DNA of 53,597 nucleotides. Origin: an uncultured Eubacteriales bacterium (lineage in GTDB: Bacteria; Bacillota; Clostridia; Oscillospirales; Acutalibacteraceae). The position numbers and the translations under genes are program-made. The notes beneath the pieces were generated by a model that made no database searches, was not told the origin of the DNA, and was given only the letters and a program-made list of their open reading frames with translations. The number at the start of each line of letters is the position of its first letter. Positions within the stretch are counted from its first letter, which is position 1. Shown here piece by piece: positions 44,563 through 52,783 of the stretch. Location: the NCBI GenBank assembly GCA_964490085.1, contig CAZBAO010000002.1:1-53597 (forward strand), written 5' to 3'.

Positions 44563-45804
44563 ATGGAACGGATGTTACATTCCGTGACGCTGGACACCGA
44601 AAAATGCGTGGGCTGTACACACTGCGTCAAGCGCTGCCCCACGCAGGCGATCCGTGTGCGCGGCGGCAGAGCCGTTATCACGGACGAGCGCTGCATTGAT
44701 TGCGGCGAATGTATCCGCGTTTGTCCCCATCATGCCAAAAAAGCGCGGCACGATTCGCTGTCGATGCTTAACGATTATACGTATACCATTGCCCTCCCCG
44801 CCCCCGCGCTGTACGGGCAATTCCATAATCTGGACGACATCGACGTGATCCTATCCGGGCTGCTGAAGCTCGGCTTTGACCAGGTGTTTGAGGTATCCCG
44901 CGGCGCGGAGATCGTGTCGGATGCCACCCGCAAGGTCATGGCGGACGGTCTTGTGAAGAAGCCCGTCATCAGCTCGGCGTGTCCGGTGGTCGTTCGGCTG
45001 ATCCAAATTCGTTTCCCGGAACTGTGCGAGCACGTCCTGCCGATGAAAGCGCCCATGGAGGTCGCGGCGGCGATGGCGCGTCAACGCGCGATGGCACAAA
45101 CGGGACTGGCACCCGAGGACATCGGCGTTTTCTTCATTTCTCCCTGTCCCGCCAAGGTGACCGACGTGCGCTTCCCCATCGGCGATTCCCACTCGCAGGT
45201 GGACGGTGTGCTGTCGATCGCGAATATTTATCCCAAACTGGTACACGAAATGGATCACCTGGATCAGGTGCAACCGTTATCCCATTCGGGACTGATCGGC
45301 ACCAGCTGGTCATTTATCGGCGGCGAGGCGGCGGGCCTGCTCAATGAGAATCATCTGGCGGCGGACGGCATCCAGAATGTCATCCGCGTATTGGAAGAAT
45401 TGGAAGACGAAAAACTCGCCGATCTGGATTTTATTGAACTCAGCGCTTGTGCCGGCGGTTGTGTCGGCGGCGTATTCGCGGCGGAAAACGGGTACGTTGC
45501 CCGCGCCCGCATCAAGCGCCTGCGCAAATACCTGCCGGTGTCCTGCAACCGCGCCGAAGACATCGGCGACCTGCGTTCACTGAATTGGTCGGAGCCATTG
45601 TCGGAAAATCCGGCACTGCGATTGGCAGAAAACGTCAGTGACGCCATGCGTTTGATGCAACAGGCCGAGGCGATCTACGCCAAGCTGCCAAAGCTCGATT
45701 GCGGCTCCTGCGGCGCACCGTCCTGCCGTGCACTGGCAGAGGATGTCGTACGCGGTCTGGCAAAAGAAACCGATTGCTTCCGCATAAGGGAGGGAAACAC
45801 ATGA
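44563..45804 (+). CDS. [FeFe]-hydrogenase-like protein of the putative sensory (M2e-type) class
   Basis: Two ferredoxin motifs (CVGCTHCVKRCP, CIDCGECIRVCP), H-domain-like motifs SSACPVV / SPCPAKV / ELSACAGGCVGG, and a C-terminal CGSCGAPSC-x16-C. The start is set to ATG 44563 (GGAG 8 nt upstream). Confidence 0.8.
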   Translation: MERMLHSVTLDTEKCVGCTHCVKRCPTQAIRVRGGRAVITDERCIDCGECIRVCPHHAKKARHDSLSMLNDYTYTIALPAPALYGQFHNLDDIDVILSGLLKLGFDQVFEVSRGAEIVSDATRKVMADGLVKKPVISSACPVVVRLIQIRFPELCEHVLPMKAPMEVAAAMARQRAMAQTGLAPEDIGVFFISPCPAKVTDVRFPIGDSHSQVDGVLSIANIYPKLVHEMDHLDQVQPLSHSGLIGTSWSFIGGEAAGLLNENHLAADGIQNVIRVLEELEDEKLADLDFIELSACAGGCVGGVFAAENGYVARARIKRLRKYLPVSCNRAEDIGDLRSLNWSEPLSENPALRLAENVSDAMRLMQQAEAIYAKLPKLDCGSCGAPSCRALAEDVVRGLAKETDCFRIREGNT

Positions 45805-46139
45805 CCGTTCGTGATCTGATAACCGCCCTGCGGTTGGACGTGCTTGTCGAGGGCGATCTTGACCGCACCGTGACCGGCGGTTATTGCGGCGACCTGCTCA
45901 GTTGGGTCATGGGCCGTGCCAAAGCCGGCAACGTGTGGTTCAGCGTAATGGGCAACGTCAACGCCATCGCGGTTTGCGTGCTCGCGGACGTCGCCTGCTT
46001 GTTACTGTGCGAAAACGCCGCGTTGGATGATGCCGCCCGTGCCCGCGCTGAGCTGGAGAACGTCACCGTTTTGCGCAGCACCGACACCGCGTATACGCTC
46101 GCCGGCACGCTCAGCGCCCTTTTAGAAAGGACTGTATAA
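45801..46139 (+). CDS. DRTGG-domain protein (2 of 2)
   Basis: 112 aa reading GYCGDLLSWVM......VWFSVMGNVNAIAV. Its ATG overlaps the upstream stop (ATGA) and GGAGGG lies upstream. Confidence 0.75.
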   Translation: MTVRDLITALRLDVLVEGDLDRTVTGGYCGDLLSWVMGRAKAGNVWFSVMGNVNAIAVCVLADVACLLLCENAALDDAARARAELENVTVLRSTDTAYTLAGTLSALLERTV

Positions 46140-46140
46140 A

Positions 46141-46611
46141 ATGTCTATCGAACTGGTTCGTACGTTCCTCGCCACATTCGGCAAAGAGCGGGATATTTTG
46201 GAATTTCCCGTATCCAGTGCCACCGTGGAGCTCGCGGCACAGGCACTGAACGTAGCCCCCGCCCGCATTGCCAAAACAATGTCGTTTGCCGACGGCGAGG
46301 GATGCTTGGTGGTAGTCACCGCGGGAGATACCAAGATCGACAACCCCAAATACAAGCAGACCTTCGGCTTTAAGGCGAAAATGCTCTCCCCCGATCAAGC
46401 ACTGGCGTTGACCGGACACGCTGTCGGCGGCGTCTGCCCGTTTGCGTTACCCGAGACCGTGCGGATCTTTCTGGATAACTCCCTGCGCCGCTTTGATACG
46501 GTATATCCCGCGGCGGGCAGCTCCAATTCTGCAATCGAGGTCACCCCTTCACAGTTAGAGGAATACACCGGCGGTATCTGGGTAGACGTATGTAAACTAC
46601 GAGAAGAATGA
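46141..46611 (+). CDS. YbaK/EbsC/ProX-type aminoacyl-tRNA deacylase domain protein
   Basis: 156 aa with AKTM.F, a VGGV.PF motif and AAG....I... It starts 1 nt after the upstream stop. Confidence 0.7.
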   Translation: MSIELVRTFLATFGKERDILEFPVSSATVELAAQALNVAPARIAKTMSFADGEGCLVVVTAGDTKIDNPKYKQTFGFKAKMLSPDQALALTGHAVGGVCPFALPETVRIFLDNSLRRFDTVYPAAGSSNSAIEVTPSQLEEYTGGIWVDVCKLREE

Positions 46612-46621
46612 AGTGTTGTAA

Positions 46622-47353
46622 ATGAAAATTTACTATGATTTTCATCTGCATTCGTGTCTGTCGCCTTGCGGCGACGATGAAATGACCCCTAATAATATTG
46701 TCAACATGGCACAACTGACAGGGCTGTCTGCGATCGCGCTGACCGACCACAACACCTGCGGCAACTGCGCGGCGACCGCCGCTGTCGCGCGCGAGCTCGG
46801 CATCACCTTTCTGGCAGGCATGGAGCTGTGCACCGCGGAAGAGGCGCACGTCGTGTGCCTCTTCCCCACCGTAGAAGCGGCACGACAATTCGAAGCGCAC
46901 GTCGCCCCGACACTGCCGCCGATCCCAAACCGTCCGGACATCTTCGGCGAACAGATTTTGTGTGACGCGGAGGATCGGCAGATCGGCACGCACGATATCC
47001 TGCTCACCACCGCGTCGGGGATCAGCGTGGACAACGTAGCGGCGCTCGCCCGCTCGTTTGGCGGCACGGCGTTTCCCGCACACATCGACCGTCCGTCCTA
47101 CAGCGTCACCGCCGCACTCGGCGATCTGCCCCCCTTGGGCTTTGCCGCGATCGAGATCACCAAAAACGGCAATGCTGAGGAGTTGACGCAACGCTATCCC
47201 GAGATCGTCGGCAAGCCGCTGTTGCAAAACTCGGATGCACATCGTTTAGAGGATATCCAAGATGCCGGCCCGTATCTGGAACTGCCGGTCAACACCCCCG
47301 AGACCATCCTCGCCGCCTTAAACGGCGAGACTCCCTGCGGCTGGTATCGGTGA
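46622..47353 (+). CDS. PHP-domain (polymerase/histidinol-phosphatase-like) metal hydrolase
   Basis: YDFHLHSCLSPCGD, ALTDHNT, GMEL...E.H and AHIDRP. Confidence 0.8.
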   Translation: MKIYYDFHLHSCLSPCGDDEMTPNNIVNMAQLTGLSAIALTDHNTCGNCAATAAVARELGITFLAGMELCTAEEAHVVCLFPTVEAARQFEAHVAPTLPPIPNRPDIFGEQILCDAEDRQIGTHDILLTTASGISVDNVAALARSFGGTAFPAHIDRPSYSVTAALGDLPPLGFAAIEITKNGNAEELTQRYPEIVGKPLLQNSDAHRLEDIQDAGPYLELPVNTPETILAALNGETPCGWYR

Positions 47354-47415
47354 GGATAAATTGTTTATTCAGTTATAAATCACTTCATATCCTTGGTAGC
47401 AGTTTTGGCGCAGCA

Positions 47416-47432
47416 TGCAAATTTTTAAGAAA
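47416..47432 (+). promoter_or_regulatory. 17-nt motif TGCAAATTTTTAAGAAA, copy 1 (candidate AraC-type operator)
   Basis: Identical 17-mer to 49224-49240. It lies ~80 nt upstream of the 47510 start. Confidence 0.5.
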
Positions 47433-47509
47433 TAGTAAATACGAAAGGTTATTGCGCACCGTACACGGATATTTTATAATTAAGCCATAAAACTAAGGAG
47501 GTTCTTAAT

Positions 47510-48331
47510 ATGGACGCATCAAGAATTACCGCCGCCATTTGGCCATGGGGAACAACTACCAGAGAGCAAATGGAAATTGCCGCAAAAGAGGTTACTGACA
47601 TCGGCTACAAAAGCTTTGAAAGCGTTAAGGCTGCGATCTACGCTTTCGACCTTGATTTAAAGGCGTATAAAGAAGTCCTTAATCGATACGACTTAAAGCC
47701 CGTAAGCTTTTATTTCCACATTCCCCAAAAAGGTTTAGAAAACGACCTTTTCGGGAACCTTGAAAAAGAACTTGAGTTTATTGCCGAGCTCGGCGTTAAG
47801 CGGATCTGCCTTCAGGCTACCGGCGGCAGACCCGAGGTTATGGACGAAGCGGCTCTTGATTATGAGCTTGGTATTATTAGGAAGTTTGCCGAAAAGACCA
47901 GAGAGTTTGATATCATGTCCAACCTTCACCCCCACTACAACACATGGGTTATGTACAAGAGCGAAATTGATAACATTCTTAAAAACCTTGACTCCAAGAC
48001 AATTCAGTTTGCTCCCGACACCGCACACCTTACCACCGCAAACTGCGACCCGGTTGAGGTCGTCAGAGAATATGCTGACCGTGTAAACTTTACTCACTTT
48101 AAGGATATCAAGGATACAAATGTTGAATCCGACGGCTATGCAAGCGCAGGTATGGAGGTTTACTCCAACTTCTGTGAGTTAGGCACGGGTTGTGTTGATT
48201 TCAGAAGCATTTTCGATATCTTAAAGGACGTTAACTACGACGGCCCTCTTTGCGAAGAGCTCGACAAGGCTCCTGTAAGCAATGCCGAATCTGCAAAGAA
48301 CAACTATCACTTCTTACTCAATAACTATTGA
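47510..48331 (+). CDS. Sugar phosphate isomerase/epimerase (xylose-isomerase-like TIM barrel) family protein
   Basis: 273 aa with alternating beta/alpha pattern, a DTAH motif (FAPDTAHL) and E..LG.G.VDF. Strong RBS AAGGAGG. Confidence 0.75.
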   Translation: MDASRITAAIWPWGTTTREQMEIAAKEVTDIGYKSFESVKAAIYAFDLDLKAYKEVLNRYDLKPVSFYFHIPQKGLENDLFGNLEKELEFIAELGVKRICLQATGGRPEVMDEAALDYELGIIRKFAEKTREFDIMSNLHPHYNTWVMYKSEIDNILKNLDSKTIQFAPDTAHLTTANCDPVEVVREYADRVNFTHFKDIKDTNVESDGYASAGMEVYSNFCELGTGCVDFRSIFDILKDVNYDGPLCEELDKAPVSNAESAKNNYHFLLNNY

Positions 48332-48333
48332 TC

Positions 48334-48372
48334 AAAAAAATACCGCTGAGGATTTCTCAGCGGTATTTTTTT
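48334..48372. terminator. Bidirectional terminator overlapping the 3' end of the AraC gene
   Basis: A7-TACCGCTGAG / CTCAGCGGTA-T7. Confidence 0.75.
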
Positions 48373-49163
48373 CTGTATTCAGATGGTGAAAGCCCGTTTA
48401 TTTCTTTAAACATCCGGCAGAAATTCTTGTGTTGCGAAAAGCCCACACGGTAGGAGATCGTCGAAATGCTGTCGTCGGATTCGGTAAGTAGGATTCGCGC
48501 CTTTTTGACTCTGTAGGTATTAAGATAGCTATGGAACGTGGCGTTGGTTGCATTCTTAAAGCTTCTGCAAAAAGAGCTTTTTTCATAGCCCGAGACAGCC
48601 GCTGCCTGCTCTACCGTTATATTTTCACCGTAATGAGCGGCAACGTAATCAAGCGCTTTCTGAATCTTGGAAATGGCAAAAAGCCGTTCCTGCTGGCGTT
48701 TGGTAATGTTTTCAGTGGATGTAAGCCCGTTAAGAAGCAGAGAAACAAGCCGGTAAAGTCTGCCTCTTATCTCCATATTATTGGCAAGGCTTTTTTCTTC
48801 CGAATTAAGCTTTGTAATTTCAATAATTTGCTCGCGTACATCCTTGTTTTTCCTAAGCACGGGATTATCAAAGCAAAGGTTTCTTATTTTACTGAATTCG
48901 TCGCCGAAAAAAAGGAAGCCGAGGCTTATAACACAGCCGTTGACCGGCTTCTGCGAAGAAATACAGTGCGGCGTACAGCTTCCCACAAGAATGACGTCTC
49001 CCGCTTCGATCTTATATTCATTTTCATCGGTTTCTACGTAAAACGCGCCTTCCTCACAATACAGTATCTCAAGATCACTGTGCCAGTGCATGGGATAATT
49101 GGCGACGTGCAAGGCTTTTACCTGGAAGCCGTTCTTATCTAAAACAATAGGCTGAAAAAACAC
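48357..49163 (-). CDS. AraC-family transcriptional regulator (cupin N-terminal domain plus 2x HTH)
   Basis: The C-terminus (ISYRVGFSQHKNFCRMFKEINGLSPSEYRK) is the AraC signature. The N-terminus is cupin-like (HWHSDLEILYCEEG). Confidence 0.9.
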   Translation of the reverse strand: MFFQPIVLDKNGFQVKALHVANYPMHWHSDLEILYCEEGAFYVETDENEYKIEAGDVILVGSCTPHCISSQKPVNGCVISLGFLFFGDEFSKIRNLCFDNPVLRKNKDVREQIIEITKLNSEEKSLANNMEIRGRLYRLVSLLLNGLTSTENITKRQQERLFAISKIQKALDYVAAHYGENITVEQAAAVSGYEKSSFCRSFKNATNATFHSYLNTYRVKKARILLTESDDSISTISYRVGFSQHKNFCRMFKEINGLSPSEYRKKYR

Positions 49164-49223
49164 AAGACCACACCTGCCTTATATATTATTGTATAACACA
49201 AACCCCTTTGCTTGTCAATCTTC

Positions 49224-49261
49224 TGCAAATTTTTAAGAAAAATGCACTTATAATGTGCATT
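49224..49261 (+). promoter_or_regulatory. 17-nt motif copy 2 (49224-49240) followed by inverted repeat AATGCAC-TTATAAT-GTGCATT around a TATAAT box
   Basis: Read directly. TATAAT lies at 49249-54 inside the loop of a 7+7 inverted repeat, within the divergent AraC/oxidoreductase intergenic region. Confidence 0.5.
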
Positions 49262-49331
49262 GTTTAAGCCGTTATTATTTGATAAAATTTTATAAAAAGA
49301 GAAAATACAGCAAGAAGGAGGCATAACGGTA

Positions 49332-50480
49332 TTGAAAATCAGAGTCGGAATCATCGGTATGGGGTATATCGGTGAAAGCCACATTGAAGCCATAAGACGT
49401 ATCGGTCTATGTGAGCTTTCCGCAGTTGCAGATACAAACTATGAGCTTGCCAAAGAAAAAGCCGAAACATACGGAATTGAAAAGGTATACGCTTCTGTTG
49501 AAGAGCTCCTTGCCGACAGTGAAATCGATGCGGTTCATAACTGTACCCCTAATTTCCTGCACAAGCAAATCAATGAAAAAATAATCCGTTCGGGCAAGCA
49601 CCTGTTCAGTGAAAAGCCTCTCACCAAGAACTACGAAGAGGCAAAAGAGCTTTTGGAACTCAAAAAGCAATACCCTGACGTTGAAGCCGCAGTTAACTTC
49701 AATTACAGAATGAACCCTATGGTTCAGGAAATAAGAGCCAGAATTGCCCGCGGCGAAGCAGGCGATATACGTATTATAACCGGGTCGTACAATCAGGATT
49801 GGCTTATGTATGACACCGACTATAGCTGGAGACTTGAGCCCGAAATTGCAGGTGACTCCTGTTGCATAGCAGATATCGGTTCACACTGGATGGACATTAT
49901 CCAACATATTACGGGTCACAAAATAGTAAGCGTCATGGGCGATGCCGTAACGGTTATCCCTGTGAGAAAGAAGCCTGCCAAGCAGCAGGAAACCTTCAAG
50001 GACGCCGTATCGGATGACTACGTAGAGGTTAACGTTAAAAACGAGGACTACGCCGCAGTTATGTTCAAAACCGACAAGGGCGCTACGGGCGTTTTCCACG
50101 TTTCGGAAATGGCTCCCGGACACGGCTGTGATTTCAACTTTGAAATAAACGGTTCTAAGCTTTCCTATGGCTGGAATCAAGAACAGAACGACAGGATGTG
50201 GGTAGGCAAACGCGGCGGTGACAACAGCCTTGTGATCCGAAATCCCAATTTGATTTCACCAAGCGCAAAGCCCTACACCTCTCTCGCAATGGGACATCCC
50301 GAGGGCTGGAACGACGCCTTTAAAGGCAACTTCTATGCCTTCTACAAATTCCTTGCAGAAGGCAGGCAGGGAGAAAGAATTTATTCCACGCTTGAGGATG
50401 CCGCATACATCGTTAAGCTTACGGAAAAGATCATTCAAAGCAGCAAACAAAAAACATGGATAAATATAGAGGAGGACTAA
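49332..50480 (+). CDS. Gfo/Idh/MocA-family NAD(P)-dependent oxidoreductase
   Basis: KIRVGIIGMGYIG Rossmann N-terminus and an EKP motif (FSEKPL). TTG start with AAGGAGG upstream. Confidence 0.85.
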   Translation: MKIRVGIIGMGYIGESHIEAIRRIGLCELSAVADTNYELAKEKAETYGIEKVYASVEELLADSEIDAVHNCTPNFLHKQINEKIIRSGKHLFSEKPLTKNYEEAKELLELKKQYPDVEAAVNFNYRMNPMVQEIRARIARGEAGDIRIITGSYNQDWLMYDTDYSWRLEPEIAGDSCCIADIGSHWMDIIQHITGHKIVSVMGDAVTVIPVRKKPAKQQETFKDAVSDDYVEVNVKNEDYAAVMFKTDKGATGVFHVSEMAPGHGCDFNFEINGSKLSYGWNQEQNDRMWVGKRGGDNSLVIRNPNLISPSAKPYTSLAMGHPEGWNDAFKGNFYAFYKFLAEGRQGERIYSTLEDAAYIVKLTEKIIQSSKQKTWINIEED

Positions 50481-50483
50481 GTT

Positions 50484-51512
50484 ATGTTTAAGTATTCAGT
50501 AGGACCATGGAACGTTCACGAAGGTGCAGACGCTTACGGCCCGGCCACCCGTAACAGCTTCTCGTTTGAGGAGAAGATCAAAAAGTTCAAGGAGATCGGA
50601 ATTGACGCAATTCAGTTCCACGACGACGACGCCGTGCCCAACATGAACAATATGACCGAAAGTCAGATCGTTGCAGAGGCAAAGGATGTTAAAGCTCTTC
50701 TCGACAGCTACGGCTTGAAGGCTGAGTTCGTTGCTCCTCGTCTTTGGATGGATCCCCACACCATCGACGGCGGCTTTACTTCCAACAGCAAGGAGGACCG
50801 TGAATTTGCTCTTTGGCGCGCCAAGCGTTCCATTGATATCGCAAACGCCTTAGGCTGTGACAAAACCGTTCTCTGGCTTGCAAGAGAAGGCACGATCTGC
50901 CCCGAAAGCAAAAGCCAGGTCGAAATCGTAAAGCAGCTCGTTGATGCACTGAACCAGATGCTCAGTTACGACAGCAAAATCAAGATCATGATCGAAACCA
51001 AGCCTAACGAGCCTATCGACAGAAACGTATGCCCCACACTGGGTCACGCACTGGCGGTATCTGCCGCCACTATTGATCCCAGCCGTGTAGGCGCTCTTCT
51101 TGAGACTGCTCACGCGGTGCTTGCAGGTCTTGACCCTGCCGCCGAAATGGGCTTTGCTCTCGCAATGGGCAAGCTTTGGGGCGTACATCTAAACGACCAA
51201 AACGGTATGAAGTTCGACGAAGACAAAAACTTCGGTGCTGAAAATCTCCGCAGCGCCTTCAATCAGATCAAGGTTCTTAAGGAGCATAACTTCTGTGCCA
51301 ACGGCGAGTACATCGGCCTTGACGTAAAAACAATGAGAACCCAGAAAACCGAAGACAGCTTCCGCCACATTGAAACCAGCCTTAAGATTGCAAAGGCTAT
51401 GGAAGAAAAGGTCAACCGTTACGATTATGCATTTGCCAACAAGTGCATTGAAGAGAGAAATTACGAGGCACTTGAGTGCTACGTATTGGAACTCATTATG
51501 GGTCTTAAATAA
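50484..51512 (+). CDS. Short class-I-like xylose isomerase family protein
   Basis: FHDDD, DGGFTSN, IETKPNEP..........PTLGHALA and NDQNGMKFDEDKNFG parallel actinobacterial class I XI segments as I recall them. It starts 3 nt after the oxidoreductase stop. Confidence 0.75.
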   Translation: MFKYSVGPWNVHEGADAYGPATRNSFSFEEKIKKFKEIGIDAIQFHDDDAVPNMNNMTESQIVAEAKDVKALLDSYGLKAEFVAPRLWMDPHTIDGGFTSNSKEDREFALWRAKRSIDIANALGCDKTVLWLAREGTICPESKSQVEIVKQLVDALNQMLSYDSKIKIMIETKPNEPIDRNVCPTLGHALAVSAATIDPSRVGALLETAHAVLAGLDPAAEMGFALAMGKLWGVHLNDQNGMKFDEDKNFGAENLRSAFNQIKVLKEHNFCANGEYIGLDVKTMRTQKTEDSFRHIETSLKIAKAMEEKVNRYDYAFANKCIEERNYEALECYVLELIMGLK

Positions 51513-51523
51513 TTTTCGGTCAC

Positions 51524-51560
51524 AAAACCCCCGAACACGTCTGTGTTCGGGGGTTTTCTT
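51524..51560 (+). terminator. Intrinsic terminator after the XI-like gene
   Basis: AAAACCCCCGAACAC / GTGTTCGGGGGTTTT followed by CTTTG. Confidence 0.8.
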
Positions 51561-51599
51561 TGTAGAAAAGATCCCCGCCGACCGCTCGGCGGGGATCTC

Positions 51600-51994
51600 G
51601 CCGTCGGTGACTGCTCGTTCGGAATGGCGCAGAACGGTAATTTTGCTTTCGCGGGCTTTTCCTCCGCCATAATTTCGTATATTTCGTCTTTTGTCAGCAC
51701 ACAGTCCTGCGATAACTTTTTGAGTCGTATGCTCTGTGCGTGGGATGGTGTGCAATCGTTAAGTTCTATCGCATCAAGCAGGATTCTTTGCTCATCCTCT
51801 GTCAAGAATGAGATTTCCACCGCCGGACTGAAAGCGATTTTGCCTTCATCTACCTTGTTAAGTAGTTCGCGTATTAGGTGTGTTAAGCGGATATATTTAA
51901 GAAAAATTTTTGTTCCTTCACTTATTCCCACTGAGCAAGGCGATTTACTAACCCCCTCTACCGTTAATTGCTGAATTTTTCTGCGTTTGGACAT
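51600..51994 (-). pseudogene. Truncated ParB/Spo0J-like (conjugative-element type) gene fragment
   Basis: Only the middle/C-terminal part is present (YIRLTHLIRELLNKVDEGKIAFSPAVEISFLTEDEQ...PSHAQ). The ParB N-terminal nuclease-like domain is missing. The listed ORF tail (51479-51600) reads through two hairpins and looks non-native. Confidence 0.6.
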
Positions 51995-52183
51995 TTTTCT
52001 TTCAAAAAAGACAAAAAAGACGCCTATCTTTCGATAAGCGCCGGTTAAAAAAATTTGGTTTTAAAAAATGATAACACAAATGAATCTTTGTTTCTATTTT
52101 TTATTGCCGTATTCACGCACTTGTGTTACAATACGAAAGAAAACATTAAACGCAATGTGTTATCGTTTGTTGGAGGTAGGACA

Positions 52184-52783
52184 TTGGAACATAAAGAAAT
52201 TATAAAGAATGTAATAAGTGCCAACGGCGGTATTGCAAAGCTGTCTGCTCTCACATCCGCCGGTGTACCAAAAGAAAAGATATATAAGCTGTGCTCCGAC
52301 GGCTATCTTCAGCGTGTCCGCCAAGGCTACTATCAGCTTGCAGACGAGCTGATCCTCTCCGATGAGCAGGTAATCGCTTCCACCATTCCCGAAGCAATCA
52401 TTAGCATGGAGTCAGCTCTGTTCCGCTACGGCTACAGTGATTTTATGCCAAGGGTTTGGTCTGTTACCGTTCCAAGAAGCGCATCACGCAGACTCAATAC
52501 CTCTGTTCCGATAAAGGTCTATTACGTCAAAGATGATATCTACGACCTCGGTAAGACAACAATCACCGAAAACGGCGTTACCTTTGCCATTTACGACCGT
52601 GAACGCACCATCTGCGATATGTTCAAGCATCGTGGCAAGGTGGATAATGAAATGTTCAGCAAGGCGGTAAATGCCTATGCAAACGATACACAGAAAAACC
52701 TGATCGCCCTTTCCGACTACGCAAAGAAGCTGAGGGTTTACAATAAGGTTATGGATATTATGGAGATATTGCTTCATAAATGA
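52184..52783 (+). CDS. abiEi: AbiEi-family (type IV toxin-antitoxin) antitoxin domain protein, orphan
   Basis: An N-terminal wHTH (GIAKLSALTSAGVPKEKIYKLCSDGYLQRVRQGYY) followed by an AbiEi_4-like C-terminal domain. TTG start with GGAGG upstream. No AbiEii gene follows. Confidence 0.65.
   Translation: MEHKEIIKNVISANGGIAKLSALTSAGVPKEKIYKLCSDGYLQRVRQGYYQLADELILSDEQVIASTIPEAIISMESALFRYGYSDFMPRVWSVTVPRSASRRLNTSVPIKVYYVKDDIYDLGKTTITENGVTFAIYDRERTICDMFKHRGKVDNEMFSKAVNAYANDTQKNLIALSDYAKKLRVYNKVMDIMEILLHK

Noticed and set aside
47395-47406. Short match GTAGCAGT..TTT near both ends of the 47.35-52.8 kb island (47395-47406 and 52853-52866), considered as att-like direct repeats.
   Set aside because: Only ~8 contiguous identical bases match, and the right copy lies outside the junction defined by the ppdK terminator. 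It is too short to distinguish from chance.
51479-51600. C-terminal ~40 codons of the ParB-like ORF.
   Set aside because: This stretch is translated from a GC-rich perfect hairpin and the neighbouring gene's terminator. It overlaps the end of the XI-like gene and does not resemble ParB-family C-termini. I treat it as read-through after a truncation.
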